Shown here piece by piece: positions 12,795 to 25,300 of a DNA stretch of 64,000 nucleotides. The notes under the pieces were generated by a model. The model ran no database searches, was not told where the DNA came from, and saw only the letters and a list, made by a program, of their open reading frames with translations. Numbering within the stretch: the first letter of the stretch is position 1; each line of letters starts with the position of its first letter. Source of the stretch: Monocercomonoides exilis PA203 (taxonomy: Eukaryota; Protista; Preaxostyla); NCBI GenBank assembly GCA_001643675.2, contig LSRY02000037.1, forward strand, positions 868,001 through 932,000, in the 5' to 3' direction. The position numbers and the translations under genes were made by a program.

Positions 12795-14129
12795 AGGTCA
12801 TCAACTTTCACAACTCTATTTCTCATTGCTACCCTTAGTGAATGCACGCACTGTTGGCTAATTTCAATGCGAAAGTCCTTTGATGCAGCAAACACCTGAA
12901 CGATGCTGCTTAAAAAATCAAAAAATTCTCCATTCCACAATTTGCACTTGAAAAAATAATAGTCCATCGCTTCAATCTATCTCAATAAAACAAGTTCTTC
13001 TTTCGTTTCTTCTCTATTCTTTTAATTATCCCTTCTTTTCTCTTCCAATTCACACACTTTGACAATTCTTCCAATTCTCTTCTTGCCTCTCTTGCAAAAT
13101 GAAGTTCTTCCACGAAAATTTTTTCTAAAGAAAGATCTCTGTAAAATCCGCGAATAAAAAATGCCCAAGCAGACTGATAGGCAAGCTGAGTGAGGTTGTG
13201 ATGCTCCTGATGATATTCGATGATCTCTTTGATTTCGTTCAGATAAAGAACTCTTGAAACGTTCTATTCAAAAACAAGAAAAAATTTCAATAATTTCTAA
13301 AATACCACGGAAATGTTCAAACATAATATGTGTCAATGCAACTCAGCGCCAAAAGAGCCATTTCAACCTCTTTTTGTGTTTCCTCATTTTCTTCTTTCTT
13401 CAACGCAACTTTCAAAAGACAAGGCACAAGAATAGAATTCAATTCCAATGATGATGAGCACCCAAAATACAAATTGCATTCACCAAGATCAGCAATCAGC
13501 TTTTCATCCTTTCCCTCCTTTTTCCCATCTTCTTCAGCAATCATCTTCTCAAATCTCACTTTCAACAAAGTAAATGCATAGCCATAAGCCCTAATATTTT
13601 TCAAGATTTTATAATATCCAACGTGTTTCAGAAAGAATAATGCATTTTTCAATGACAATTTCTTTTCTTTAACCATTTTGTCCATTCTGTTGAACAGTAT
13701 TTCTGTGAATGTGGAATTAAGTTCTTTTTCACTCATTTCATCAAATGTTTCAATCGTTTTTTCAATTTTCTGTTTTTGTTCTTCCTCGTTGCAATCTTCA
13801 AGCTCAGATATCAATTCTTCAAAGAAAAAAAAGATAGAAAATAATGCATTAGATAAGAATTCTAATTCAACAACGAGCACAAACCATTGAACCTTTCAAT
13901 TCCACTCGTTGTCTGCATTTTTGAAAGCACATTGCGAACAGAAAACAATGAAAAAACGTCATTTGCATTGAATTCAAATATCATTGGATAGAAGAAATCG
14001 GTGCAAAATATAAACTCAAAGCAACCATGAAAGCATAAGTTGTTATACCATTCTGCGTTGTTAGTGTTTTTTTGACAAGGCGTTACAAAAAAAAGAAAGA
14101 AAAACAACGTTTTTAATCAATTTTTATAA

Positions 14130-14660
14130 GTAATGGATATTCAGATCATCAGATTTGAAAGAACAAAAATATTCCTTGCAAAAATGAGAAATCCGTGAAT
14201 GAACATTACCTATAGAATTTGAAATATTATTTCCTGTGGAGGCAACAGACAATGATGGAGATATTATAATTTTGAAATACTATTTGATAATTTTGGAGAT
14301 TGGATGGTCAGATGGAATAAAACAATTTTATTCATAGCACGAAAAGACTTAACGTATGTTATTTTTATTGTTTATATTGATCGTGAAGATATTTCCATCC
14401 GCATCCTTTCTAAAGCCCAGAAATCCCGCTTATTGTGAAAATGGTCAATCTCCGCTTTAGAGAGCATAACGATGAGGATGGCTGATAATTTCACATCAAT
14501 TGGAGATGAGCAGAATTTATAAAAGTTCGCTTTCCTCTCGTCTTTGGATTGTATTGTTGAAGCGCAATCCACTGGAGAAGAAAATGAGATTGTGATGCTG
14601 GGGATATCTTCCAACATAATACATCCGACGATTGAACTCGACATTATCTTCCTCGTATTC
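14130..14660 (+). pseudogene. Decayed gene divergent from the YFVNV-family gene; homologue at ~38350-38710
   Basis: KYYFPVEATDNDGD.. then a putative short intron GTATGT..GATCGTGAAG, then IFPSASFLK..ENGQSPL. The same layout recurs at ~38440-38680 (KYFFPVMIAGNGGD, GTACGC..GATTGTGAAG, IFPSVSFRK..NGQSPL). Confidence 0.45.
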
Positions 14661-15349
14661 AACAAAATTTTTGTTTTTCTTCTCTTTCATCTTCTTTCTC
14701 TTCTTCATCTAATTCGTCGTAGTCTTCATCATCAACTTTTCCTCATTGTTTTCATCGTGGCTATCATTTTCATTGCATTCTGCATGTTTGTCCTCTCCCT
14801 CTTGTTCAACAGATTATTCTTTTTCTTCTTATTTTTCTTTTTTTGTTTTCGTCAATTTTTTGGAATCAAGTTTGTGGAGGCTATTTGAATGGAAGAATAA
14901 TAGAGGATTGAGGTGTGGACATTTTTTTGTGAGGAAGCAGAATGGAATCAGCAGAGACGAGGAAGATAAGTTTTGTTTGCAGAAAGAAGAAAGTTTGTAA
15001 AGATTGGTCGATTTAAATGTATGTGAAAAATATTATTGTTTGTAAAATAATATTTTCCATGTATTTCTTTTTTGTTACATTGTGGTCTTTGCAAAAGTGT
15101 CCAGTGGTCATGAAAGCTTATGGAAAGAGGGCAAATCTGATTCATTTATGAAATCGGGTATTATAATTGGAGGGCGTTTGGTGGAATGAGAAGGAGCAAA
15201 AATTGAAGCAAATAGAAGAGGAGGCCTTTGATGGTTTTGGAAGACATATAAGACAAATCATGTTAAAAGCAAAAAGAGGGAAACAGAAGTTGATGATGCA
15301 GCAGAAGAAGAAATTTGACAAAAAACTTAGAAGAAAAAGAAGATGTTTA

Positions 15350-18300
15350 TAAGAAATTTGAATGAAAGAGATGAATAGAATGAAAAGGAAGAAAAAGTGA
15401 AAATAGAAATTTGAGGAATTTTTGAAGATGAGTCAAGAGAAAGGGGAAAAAGAAAGAAAATGAAGAAGAAGAAGAAGAAGAAGAAGAAGGAAAAGAAGGC
15501 GATTGCGGTGGAAATGACAACTCCGATGAAAATGAAGGAGGAGAAATGGAAGGATCGATCAGATCAGATGCACACGCAACGGACAGCCACAAGTTGATGA
15601 TTGCCAATTCTTTGCAATTCAGAAGATGTTTGTGCTGTGCTGAAGAAGCAGATACTGCTGTTGCATGGCAAGACATTGACTCCTCACTCCCTCCCTTGCT
15701 CTGCCGTGCCATCGGCTTGTGAGGCAGCTACACACGCTGCATGTTCACCAGCAGCACCCCAAAGCAGATTGGCCGTCCCACCTCGTTCGCTCTGCAGCTG
15801 GCGCCCCACGAGCTGCACCAGCATCATCACCATCCGGAACAGCACCCACAGCCGACTGTATCAGCATCAACACTTCGATTCAGCCCTGCCCCCGCTGACA
15901 CCACCGAAAGCACCTGCACCTGATCATCCAGCGCTGGCTGACTGTCTTCACAACTGAGCTGTTCTGTGACAAGAAAAGAGGAGATCCGCATTTGGCAGCA
16001 TCACACACATCTGGATGCATCAGGCACAGTGTAAAGAAATCGTTGGTCTGGAACACCTCCAGCACCGATGCAAACGATGGCAGAAAGCACCTCGAAAGAT
16101 GGGATGCATCTCAGAAGAATTGTTGCGACAGCGTCTGTGACGTCTGCGGACAGCACACGCACAGAAGAGACTCCAGCTCTGAATTAGTGATGCACCTGAT
16201 ATCGCAGACGAAGAAGTCAATGCCTCGCCAGAGCATAAGGCATCATACAACGTCTTCCTCGTCTCCTTTCTTCATCTTCACTTCTGCTCGGTTGCTATTC
16301 AGCAGAATCCTCAGAAACACAGACGCATCTGTCATTCCCATCTTTGACTGCATCGTCTCAAACTCCACCAAAAAACATTTTCCTCCTCCTAACCTTCCTT
16401 CTCCCACAAAAGTTCCCTCTTTCCATCTTCTCTTTTAGCTCCTTCACCTGAACAACCAGCCGCTCCATCTTCTCTTCATACGACACCTTCATTTTCTTCT
16501 GCTTTTTCTCGCTCTGCACGAGCCCCGTCTTTTGCTTCTCAATCACCTCCTTGAACAGCGCCTTCTGCTCGCATATTGTCTGCACATGCACTTTCGACAG
16601 TGCCATTAGCATCTTTGTTTCCTTCTCAGCATAATCCGTCTATTGCCACACCGTTGCATCTGCTCTTCCACCACAGCCCTGACTGCCTTCCCCACTTCCA
16701 TTGGCTCCAGCGCCTTTCTTCTTTGATCTCTCGCTGATCCCAGATCTCGTTCACTCACTTCCACCACCGCCACCTCATCCTCCTCCACTATTTGATTTTC
16801 CCACAACCCCCTTCCCATTCAGGTCTGGCCCATGCATCACAGCGCTGCCATCTGCGATTCTAACGTAAAACTTCTCCAAGTGCTTTTCACTCAGCTCCAA
16901 CTGCTGAATCAACAGAGTAAAAAATGGAACTACTCCACCTCTCGCAGACGACAACGAAGAAGGCATAGCAAACAGAACCCCTGCCCCTGCTCCAGCTCCT
17001 TCCCATGACCCCTCGCTGTTCTCACTCACAACTTCACCCTACTGCATCCTCCGCATCCTCATCTTCTCAATCCCCACATCAATCAGCTGCACCTTCTCCT
17101 TCACCTCCTTCACCTCCTTCACCTCCTTCACCTCCTTCACCTCCTTCACCTCCTTCACCTCCTTCACCTCCTTCACCTCCTTCACCTCCTTCACCTCCTT
17201 CACCTCCTTCACCTCCTTCACCTCCTTCACCTCCTTCACCTCCTTCACCTCCTTCACCTCCTTCACCTCCTTCACCTCCTTCACCTCCTTCACCTCCTTC
17301 ACCTCCTTCACCTCCTTCACCTCCTTCACCTCCTTCACCTCCTTCACCTCCTTCACCTCCTTCACCTCCTTCACCTCCTTCACCTCCTTCACCTCCTTCA
17401 CCTCCTTCACCTCCTTCACCTCCTTCACCTCCTTCACCTCCTTCACCTCCTTCACCTCCTTCACCTCCTTCACCTCCTTCACCTCCTTCACCTCCTTCAC
17501 CTCCTTCACCTCCTTCACCTCCTTCACCTCCTTCACCTCCTTCACCTCCTTCACCTCCTTCACCTCCTTCACCTCCTTCACCTCCTTCACCTCCTTCACA
17601 TCTGCGTTGTGCTTCTCGCTCTGCTCCAGAATCTTCCTCTTCCACATCCGAATGATTTTGTTTTTCTCCTTCAACCATTCCACCAGCCCGTTAGTCCTCT
17701 TAGCTATCTGCTATCATTTCAGATCTTTTGCATCGGCATGTTGATTTCTAAAAACATTTTCTCCTCTCCTGTTTCTCCATCTCGTGCTGTTCCTTCAGCT
17801 CCCTGACCTTCCGCGCCAGCCCATCCTTTATCCTCAGCCCCACCTCCTCCAGCGCCTTCTCAGCTTTCTCATCTGTCCTTCATAGAACAACATTTAGCAT
17901 CATCATTTTATTGTCCAGCTGCTCCACCAAATATTTCAACAGAGACTGTCGCGAAACCTGCAGTGCTATCACCGAATGAAGCAGTGGAGACTGGTCAAAG
18001 AGATCGTTGATCGACGGGAATGCATTCACATCAGCTTCCGCAAACATCTTCCTGCTCTCCGACTTCGCTCTCTACCAACTCTATTTGCGAAGGAAATTGT
18101 GATATCAGCTGAACTAAAAACATCGCTGAAAGCTCCATATCTTTAATATATATATCATCCCCATACAGCACCTCCCGCCTCGCCACAACGTAACTATCTG
18201 CAAGCTTCTGTGTCGTTCTCAGCAACGATTTCTTTTGATTTGCAAGCATCCAACCTTCTTCAGATACAACTATACACAGCTGCCTCTCGATGCCATCCAT

Positions 18301-18420
18301 CGCTGCTGACAAAGCGTATGACACAAACACCATCGAGGCGTGCGAAGGGTCAATCAAAGACAAGGTGGATGATGAAGATGAAGATGAGATGAAGATGAGA
18401 TGAAGATGGCTGCTCATCCC
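15350..18420 (-). pseudogene. Decayed hypothetical gene (coiled-coil-like, E/K-rich) containing a (VKE)56 expansion
   Basis: Higher-GC coding-like block. ORFs 18031-18417, 17039-17683, 16775-17029 (same frame as the previous, after a TAG) and 16358-16612 read as one broken gene. Confidence 0.5.
17096..17599. repeat. Perfect minisatellite, 56 x CTCCTTCAC (9 bp, 504 bp)
   Basis: Uninterrupted tandem array; minus strand GTGAAGGAG = Val-Lys-Glu in the frame of the flanking coding sequence. Confidence 0.97.
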
Positions 18421-18779
18421 CTGTCACCTTCTTTTATTCTTTTCTTCTTTTCTCAGTCACAGAAAAAGTGAAGATAACCTACGAGCTGTTCCATATATCG
18501 AATATGAGAAAAATAAAAAAATTATGAAGTCGCAAAACAAAGCAAAACAAGCAAAACAAAACAAAAAAAAAAAAGATGATGATGATGACGAAAACCGTTT
18601 GAAAACTGTTTTTCTGTCAGATTAGCTGGAATTTGATTAAACATTCAAATTTCCCCAAAAGAGATCAGGAGAAGAGATAGCATCATCAGCTATGGAATTG
18701 AAAGGGAAGAAAAGACAATAGCTGGAGAAAGCAGACCCAGATGTTGTGAAATTATAAAAATGGCCGTTATCCAATAAAT

Positions 18780-20040
18780 TCAATCAGCAATACTCACACA
18801 TTGTTGACATTTAACTGGAGAACATGAGCAGATGATAAAGGAACTGTAGCAAATCGAACTATCATGGAGGCTTCGCGAAAACAGTTCACTAAGAAAGAAA
18901 AGAGTTGTGCAGCCTGCTATTCCAACCTTTTTAGTTCCATTCTCCTCAAATATTCTTGAGTGATAAATATTCACTTCTTCTGAGCAATTCGCAAGAGCAA
19001 GTTCCTGTTAAGACTGAAATAAAAGAAACATTAGCTGCTTCAATTTTTTCCTGGACAGTTGCACTCACACCACTTTGTCCACATGTCACAACAGCGTTGG
19101 TATCGAAGTCTTCACTTCTTATTTCTGTTATTGTTCCTGTAAATATCTGAGCTTCATTTGCATAACGTGGAAAAAGTTGATTTATGCAATGGCTGATAGA
19201 ATTACACGGATATCTTTCATTGATCCCACATGAAAAAACACCTTTGGAATTTGGTTGAGCAGCAGTTGAAAAAACAAATCTGGTTATTCCTCCAGCATCA
19301 TTGAGCCATTCACTTTTGTCAATGATTGAACCCGAGTTTACGCTAACTCTGTTTTCTATTTGTCTGTTTGAATAACAGTTTGGATGAATGAAATTAGCTG
19401 AAGAGCCAAGTAGAACAATATCATGTTTTCATTTAACGTATGAGTTATTGTGGAAAAAATAATAGAAAAATAAAATTCCTTTATTAACTGCATTGGTTTG
19501 TGAACCAACAGCACCTCCTGCTTTCATCGAAAAGCAATTGCAGGATAGGCAGTTAAACATATAGACTATGTCCAAAGATATCCAATGCTCAATTGCACCA
19601 CCTCCAGAACCTGAAGAGTTAAGCGCGCTGTAGTTGAAAAAAAACAAATTAACAACACATTTCTTCTGTCTCTCGATTCTCTTTGCACGCAGATTAATTG
19701 CCTCTCCGTAGTTTCCCAAAGAGTAATTTTGAAAGGAGCAATCATAAACCGCTGGATGTGAATTGACATTTTCAAACTGGATTCCTTCCCCGCCTCCCAA
19801 CTCGGTGGTTCCTTTTGCGGAACGTTGAACAAATGTGGTTTGGAGCAAAATACATTCAGCGATATTCAATGCATATGTTCTTCCACATCTTGCGGATGAA
19901 GCATTACATTTAGAAAAAGACGAATTTTCATTATTAAGAACGGTTTTTTCACAGTCTTGGACACAAAGAGCACCTCCTTGTTGCGATGTGCAACCAATCC
20001 ATTTCCATAATGAAATGGACAAACTTTCTGTTGCATCCAT
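18780..20040 (-). pseudogene. Truncated/decayed paralogue of the receptor ectodomain family (N-terminal module only)
   Basis: CTSQQGGALCV, SGSGGGAIEHW, KAGGAVG, FFHNN.., then after a stop EWLN..RFV..FSCGINERYPCNSISHCI (CGx4PC motif). No TM or kinase part. Confidence 0.7.
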
Positions 20041-20433
20041 TTTGTTTTTTCATTGAATTTGAATACGATTCAATTCAACTTAACATTGATGAGAAGAATA
20101 TTTCATTTGAATTGCTTTAACCAAGATAAACAGTGAAAATGAAAGAATAAATTTCTTCAAATCATAATAATTTTTCAACTGTAAAACTTATGAAACACAT
20201 CGAACCTCTAACGCCTTGTTCAGAAACTTTCATGATAAATTGCAACAAATCTTATTTCACCAGAAAACAAATATTTCAATTGATCAAAAAATAACATCAA
20301 AAATTAGTATCTAGAACCGTTTTTTTTTATACTGAAGTTTTTCATAGACAATCCAACTCGTTAGTGAAAATTTGAATATTTGAGATAAATAATGTCCACT
20401 GAGTGTTTCATTACTTTCTCCAATTAACAAATA

Positions 20434-21400
20434 GGGTCAATAATTTATAGGTACCTAAAAAATTAATCGGGACCTAAATTTTCTGGCTCACTGGAGCACT
20501 TTCAGTAAAAAATAAATAATAGAAAATTATTAATATATTATAAGAAGCAATTCCTTAAAATATTTTTTATATTTTTAATTTTTGTGAAAAGATCTGGAAT
20601 TTTTTGTTTTATTTTTCTGATCAAAGACTTGCTCATATTTCAACGAGCTTTTTGTTTTGAGTGTTTTGAGTTATATCATTGTTTATAAACTTGACTTTTT
20701 AATGTTTTTGGTTATTTTATATTATTAAACACTTCGTTTTTTTATCATTTTTTCCATTTCACAAAATTTCAATAAATAGAAGATTTTATTGGAACAAAGG
20801 AGATTTTTTGTTTTGTAAAAAGTTGAAATATGAAAACAATCAATTAACAAAGATTTTCAAAAGGATGAAAATCTTTTATTTTTTATGATCGTGATTTTTT
20901 TACAAAAAAACATGTTTTTATGTATTTTTTACATTTTTTGCTTCAAATCACATTCTTTCATTTCAAAATCTTTGTAACGCACATAGCAATCATTTTTTCA
21001 ACTTCTCTTTAACACGAAAAATCATGATTATTTCAAACTCTGCTATTGTTTCTAATTTTGTCAAAATATCATGAAATGGAAAAAATGATAAAAAAACGAA
21101 GTGTTTAATAATATAAAATAACCAAAAACATTAAAAAGTCAAGTTTATAAACAATGATATAACTCAAAACACTCAAAACAAAAAGCTCGTTGAAATATGA
21201 GCAAGTCTTTGATCAAAAAAATAAAACAAAAAATTCCAGATCTATTTACAGAAATAAAAAAAAATAAAAAATATTTTCTGGAATAGTATATAAAAGTTTA
21301 AAAAAGGTTTCCTATTATTTATTTTTTTCTGAAAGTGCTCCAGTGAGCCAGAAAATTTAGGTCCCGATAAAAAAAAGGGGATATGATAAATTACTGACCC
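20434..21400. mobile_element. Foldback / large MITE, family A, copy 2
   Basis: TA|GGGTCAATAATTTAT.. and ..ATAAATTACTGACCC|TA; arms ~20434-20761 and ~21070-21400 are long reverse complements; collinear with 276-1241. Confidence 0.92.
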
Positions 21401-22328
21401 TATTTAGATCCAAGGCGACTTTTTTAAAAAATTTGACATTTTTCATTCATCTGAAAAAAAAATGAAATGAAGACCTTCAAACTTTCATAACAATGTCTTT
21501 GAAAAGAACAAAATAGTATTCCAAAGCTTGTTTTGAAAAATCATACATTATTTCATAATAATTTTGTTTAAAAATTTCTTCTATAATTAATTGCAATAAA
21601 AAAACAACAGAATATTTTTAGAAAATATGATTTGAATAACTTCATGTTTGTGCATAATTCACTTTTCATGGAAAAAATTTGGCCACCTGAGTTATTACAA
21701 AATTCATCTTGAAATTTCAAAATTACCACAGACAATTTCACAATTCATAAAGTGTCATGATGATTCATGCATTTGATACAAAAATATTATTAAAATATTA
21801 CAATTATAATCAGAAACTGATTGAAAAGACTTAAAATTTTATTTTCTTTTTTGTTGGCAAACAACATTGAAGTTGATATTGATCTTTTTTCTTTAACTCT
21901 GAACATTTTTGAATTGAAATGAAAAGTTAGAAAAATCTTTGTTATGAAAGAAAATTAGAAAAACAAAAAAATTTTGAATTAAAAAGTTAAAAATAAAGAC
22001 TTGTGTACAAAGCACTCTTTCTACAAGAATAATCACACAGACAAGATTCTCATTATAAAAAGATTCCAATTTAACCAATTTTTCTATTATCCACTTTCAA
22101 AATTGAAATACACAAAATAAAATAATATTAAAATGAAGAAATACAAAAGAAAGAGGTAACTTAAAAATACACCGACAGCACTCATGAAGAAAAAAGAAGA
22201 AGAAAATTATTATTAATTATTCTGGCATTTTAAAAACCAATTTTTAATGTTTTATTATGTTTAATTCGAAAACGATCCAATAGTTGATAGAAAACGTACA
22301 TGTGTTGATTGTTCATTGCTTAACCTTT

Positions 22329-25300
22329 TCAGCCATCGCCATATTGATATATTTCCTCCAGCAGTTTTATTATCTCATTCAAAGAAGGCCTGTCTCTTGG
22401 TTCATCTGCCCACATCTTCTCCATCAGCTCAACCAGATCTTCTCCTTCGATTCCTTCTGTCAGCGGTCGCACTCCATCTCTCATCATCTCTTGTGCTTCC
22501 TCCGCATCACACTCGCTCAATGGCACTTCTCCTGTTGTCATTTCATGCAGAATCAGTCCAAGTGTAAAAACAACTGTTTTTTCCATTTCCTCATCTTCAT
22601 TTCCTTCTTCTGGTGCCTTCCATCGCTTCATTTCTTCCTTCTGCTTTTCATCTTTCAATTCCTCTGTTAAAACAAATATTTCATTTTCGTTCCCTTCCTC
22701 AACAAAGATCGAATATGGGCATAGCTGCCTTGCTATCATTCCCACCCTTTCATCATCAACCGAAATCAAATGCTCAAGCAGTACTGCAACTGCCATAACC
22801 ACTTCCTTCCCATCAATAACATCCATCGCTCTTGTTCCCAATGTGAAATTACCCTGAACTGAATGAATCACTGAGTGCAATGTTTTGATGTTATTTTTCT
22901 CTTTCTCTCGAAATGGCTTCTTCGCTAGTATCACATTGAGTGAATGAGATTGAGGTACCAATGAAACAGAAGCATTCTCGGATAACTGTATTGGAGATTC
23001 CAAATCTGGCAGATCATTTTCATTTAGAATGTCATCGGTTATTAATGGAGGCTCTGGAAGATCTTCTTCATCGTTTTCAATCAACAGAGGTATTTGACTC
23101 GTCATCCCTTCCAGCAATGTGGATGGCATGTCGCTCATCTCAATGCTTCCTCTATTGTTTTCATTTCTTTTCTCAACTTTTCCTATTGTTTGTTCATTTT
23201 CTAACCTCTCTTTTTCAACCCTCTTTTTTGTCTCCGTCAATTTTTTTCGTAGAAGAACAACAACCACAACAAATAAAACAATGAAAAATATAAGGATAAT
23301 TGAAAGAATTATCACAATGATCAGCAAAAATGATTTTTGTTCTTTTCCTCCTTCAACAATTCTTTCATATTCATTTGTTTTGGATTCACTCCTGTTCTTC
23401 AGCACAAATGAATCAGTGACCGATGGAGAATCAGCTTTTCCAAAATTTATGCACACCCTTACTTCTGCTTCACTTGGAACGCCTTCAACTGTCCTGACAG
23501 GAACAGACCCATGTATCTCTTTCTCTGATATGAAACCGCTTGCATCAAACAAATACTTCTCAACCACCTCCTCATCCCCAATCGCTGCAACTGTTTTGAA
23601 TGAGAGGTTGCACGGAAGGAGAACCGACCCTCTGAACACGATATCCACCTTCTCCCCTGACTTTTCAGATGTCACACTCTCCACCCTCGGGATGAAAAAC
23701 GCGGATGCCCTTTCTCTGGCAATCCCTTCCAGTGTGCACCCTTCATCCAATATCCACAACGATGCATTGTCCTTCACTCCATCTCCTCCTTTCAAGCTCA
23801 CAACCTTCAATCTTCCTGAGTCTCCACACAGAATGTTTCTTCGTGCCGACCCATAATTCACTATCGACGGGTTGTTGTTCATGAATTCTCCTTTCTCAAT
23901 CTCCACACTTCCTCCTGTTAATGAAAGTCCTCCATTTTCTGAATTCGTAAGCGTTGAATCCTTCATCAGTCCAGAACAATTATGAAGATCGATCATGGAA
24001 CCATTCCACCTACACAGATTTTCAAATGAATCTTCGTTTATTCCAAAATGCTGCACACCCGCTGCTCCATCAAAAGCACATGAAGACAAGTTAACATCTG
24101 TTAAGTCTGTCAGAGCTGCAATTCTCCCCTTTTCTGAGGATGAGATGCATTTTTGGCTGGTGCAGTTCTCCAACTCCACCAGCAAAGACGAAGATGAAGA
24201 AGATGAAGAAGAAGCAAAACAGCACGGACCAAGCGAATTTCTGGTAATGTTTTGATACGATGACTGCTTCAGCCGGAATGTCGAAGCGTTTGACGCCACA
24301 CTCACTGCACATCCTTCTCCAAGCATCGCGCTGCAAATGGCCAAGAAATTCATCTCAACATTTGCATCTTCGCATTCAGCAGAAACCAATGATTCCTTTG
24401 AAACGCGTGTATCGTCAAGTTCCACGTGGCTGCACTGGATGTATGAATGGCCTCCTGAACCGTCTGAGCAAAACACAATCAAGCTTGCTTTGCTCTCTGC
24501 ATTCTTGACTTGAACCTTCTGCAGATGAGAGTCTTTGCAGTTGTGAAGGACAAGGACGGATTGTTCAAGTGTGCAACTGGAAATGAGCACCTGCTGCATT
24601 GAGAGGTCTGCCAGATTGCGGAAGTCCAACAACACACCAGAATTCACATCAGAAATGTTCAAGTCCACTAATGAGAAATACAGACCTGTGCTTGATTCCA
24701 CGCATGAAGAGCCGAGACGAAGACAATCAAAAGTGCATCCGTCAATCGATAACCTGCCATTCTCCACGAGAATGATGGAGCAGTTCAATTTGTATTCAGA
24801 GTTTTCACTCGAATCTACTTGACTAAATGCTGTATTTGAAATAGACAAGTTGCCATCAGTCAGCGATAACAAGCTGGAATGAGAAGAAGAAAACGCGCTT
24901 CCGAACATGAACTTCAAAAATTCGATTTTCACTCTCGATGAGCACGAAAAGAGATTGCTCCTCTTGCTTCCGATGCTGCTGTTCAGCACAATATTCCCTC
25001 TTTCCCCTTCTGCAGACAGCGACTTGATCCAAACATCGCAAGCGCTTGCTTCCCCTGACACCACAGCGCTTTTGCCAATCAGCAAATTGCTGAAAACTGA
25101 AGGAATGATGTGGTGCAGCGCAACATTCAGCGAAATGCACGGTTCGCTCATTGTACCACACTGGCGCGTGTCAGAGGCATTGTCAGCCGAAGAAGATGCA
25201 AATATCGTTTCGCTCTGATACACAACCACAAGCAGCAACAGATCTTGCTCGTCTGCATAGTCAGGAGCTGTGCATCCCCACATGGCAAGCTCCCGAACAA

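Larger units (their letters stand above)
9826..13918 (-). pseudogene. YFVNV-family helical protein gene, split by the 10135-12794 TIR element and carrying an in-frame TAG
   Basis: Exon 1 MQTTSGIERFN, GTTTGT..TTTGAAG intron, exon 2 ELISELEDC..MALLALSCIDTYY, GTTTGA..GAATAG intron, exon 3 EHHNLTQLAYQSAW.. Removing the element and one TSD restores ..VKVDDL|IKCRGIEVFLEV..ADYFVNV*. Confidence 0.88.

Noticed and set aside
10125-12899. Duplicated small proteins MNKKFNYGTDHK.. on opposite strands
   Set aside because: They are chance ORFs within the two TIRs of the Pack element.
17005-17655. Extensin/collagen-like (PSP)n ORF on + and (EGG)n ORF on -
   Set aside because: Alternative readings of the 9-bp array; only the VKE frame joins coding-like flanks on both sides.
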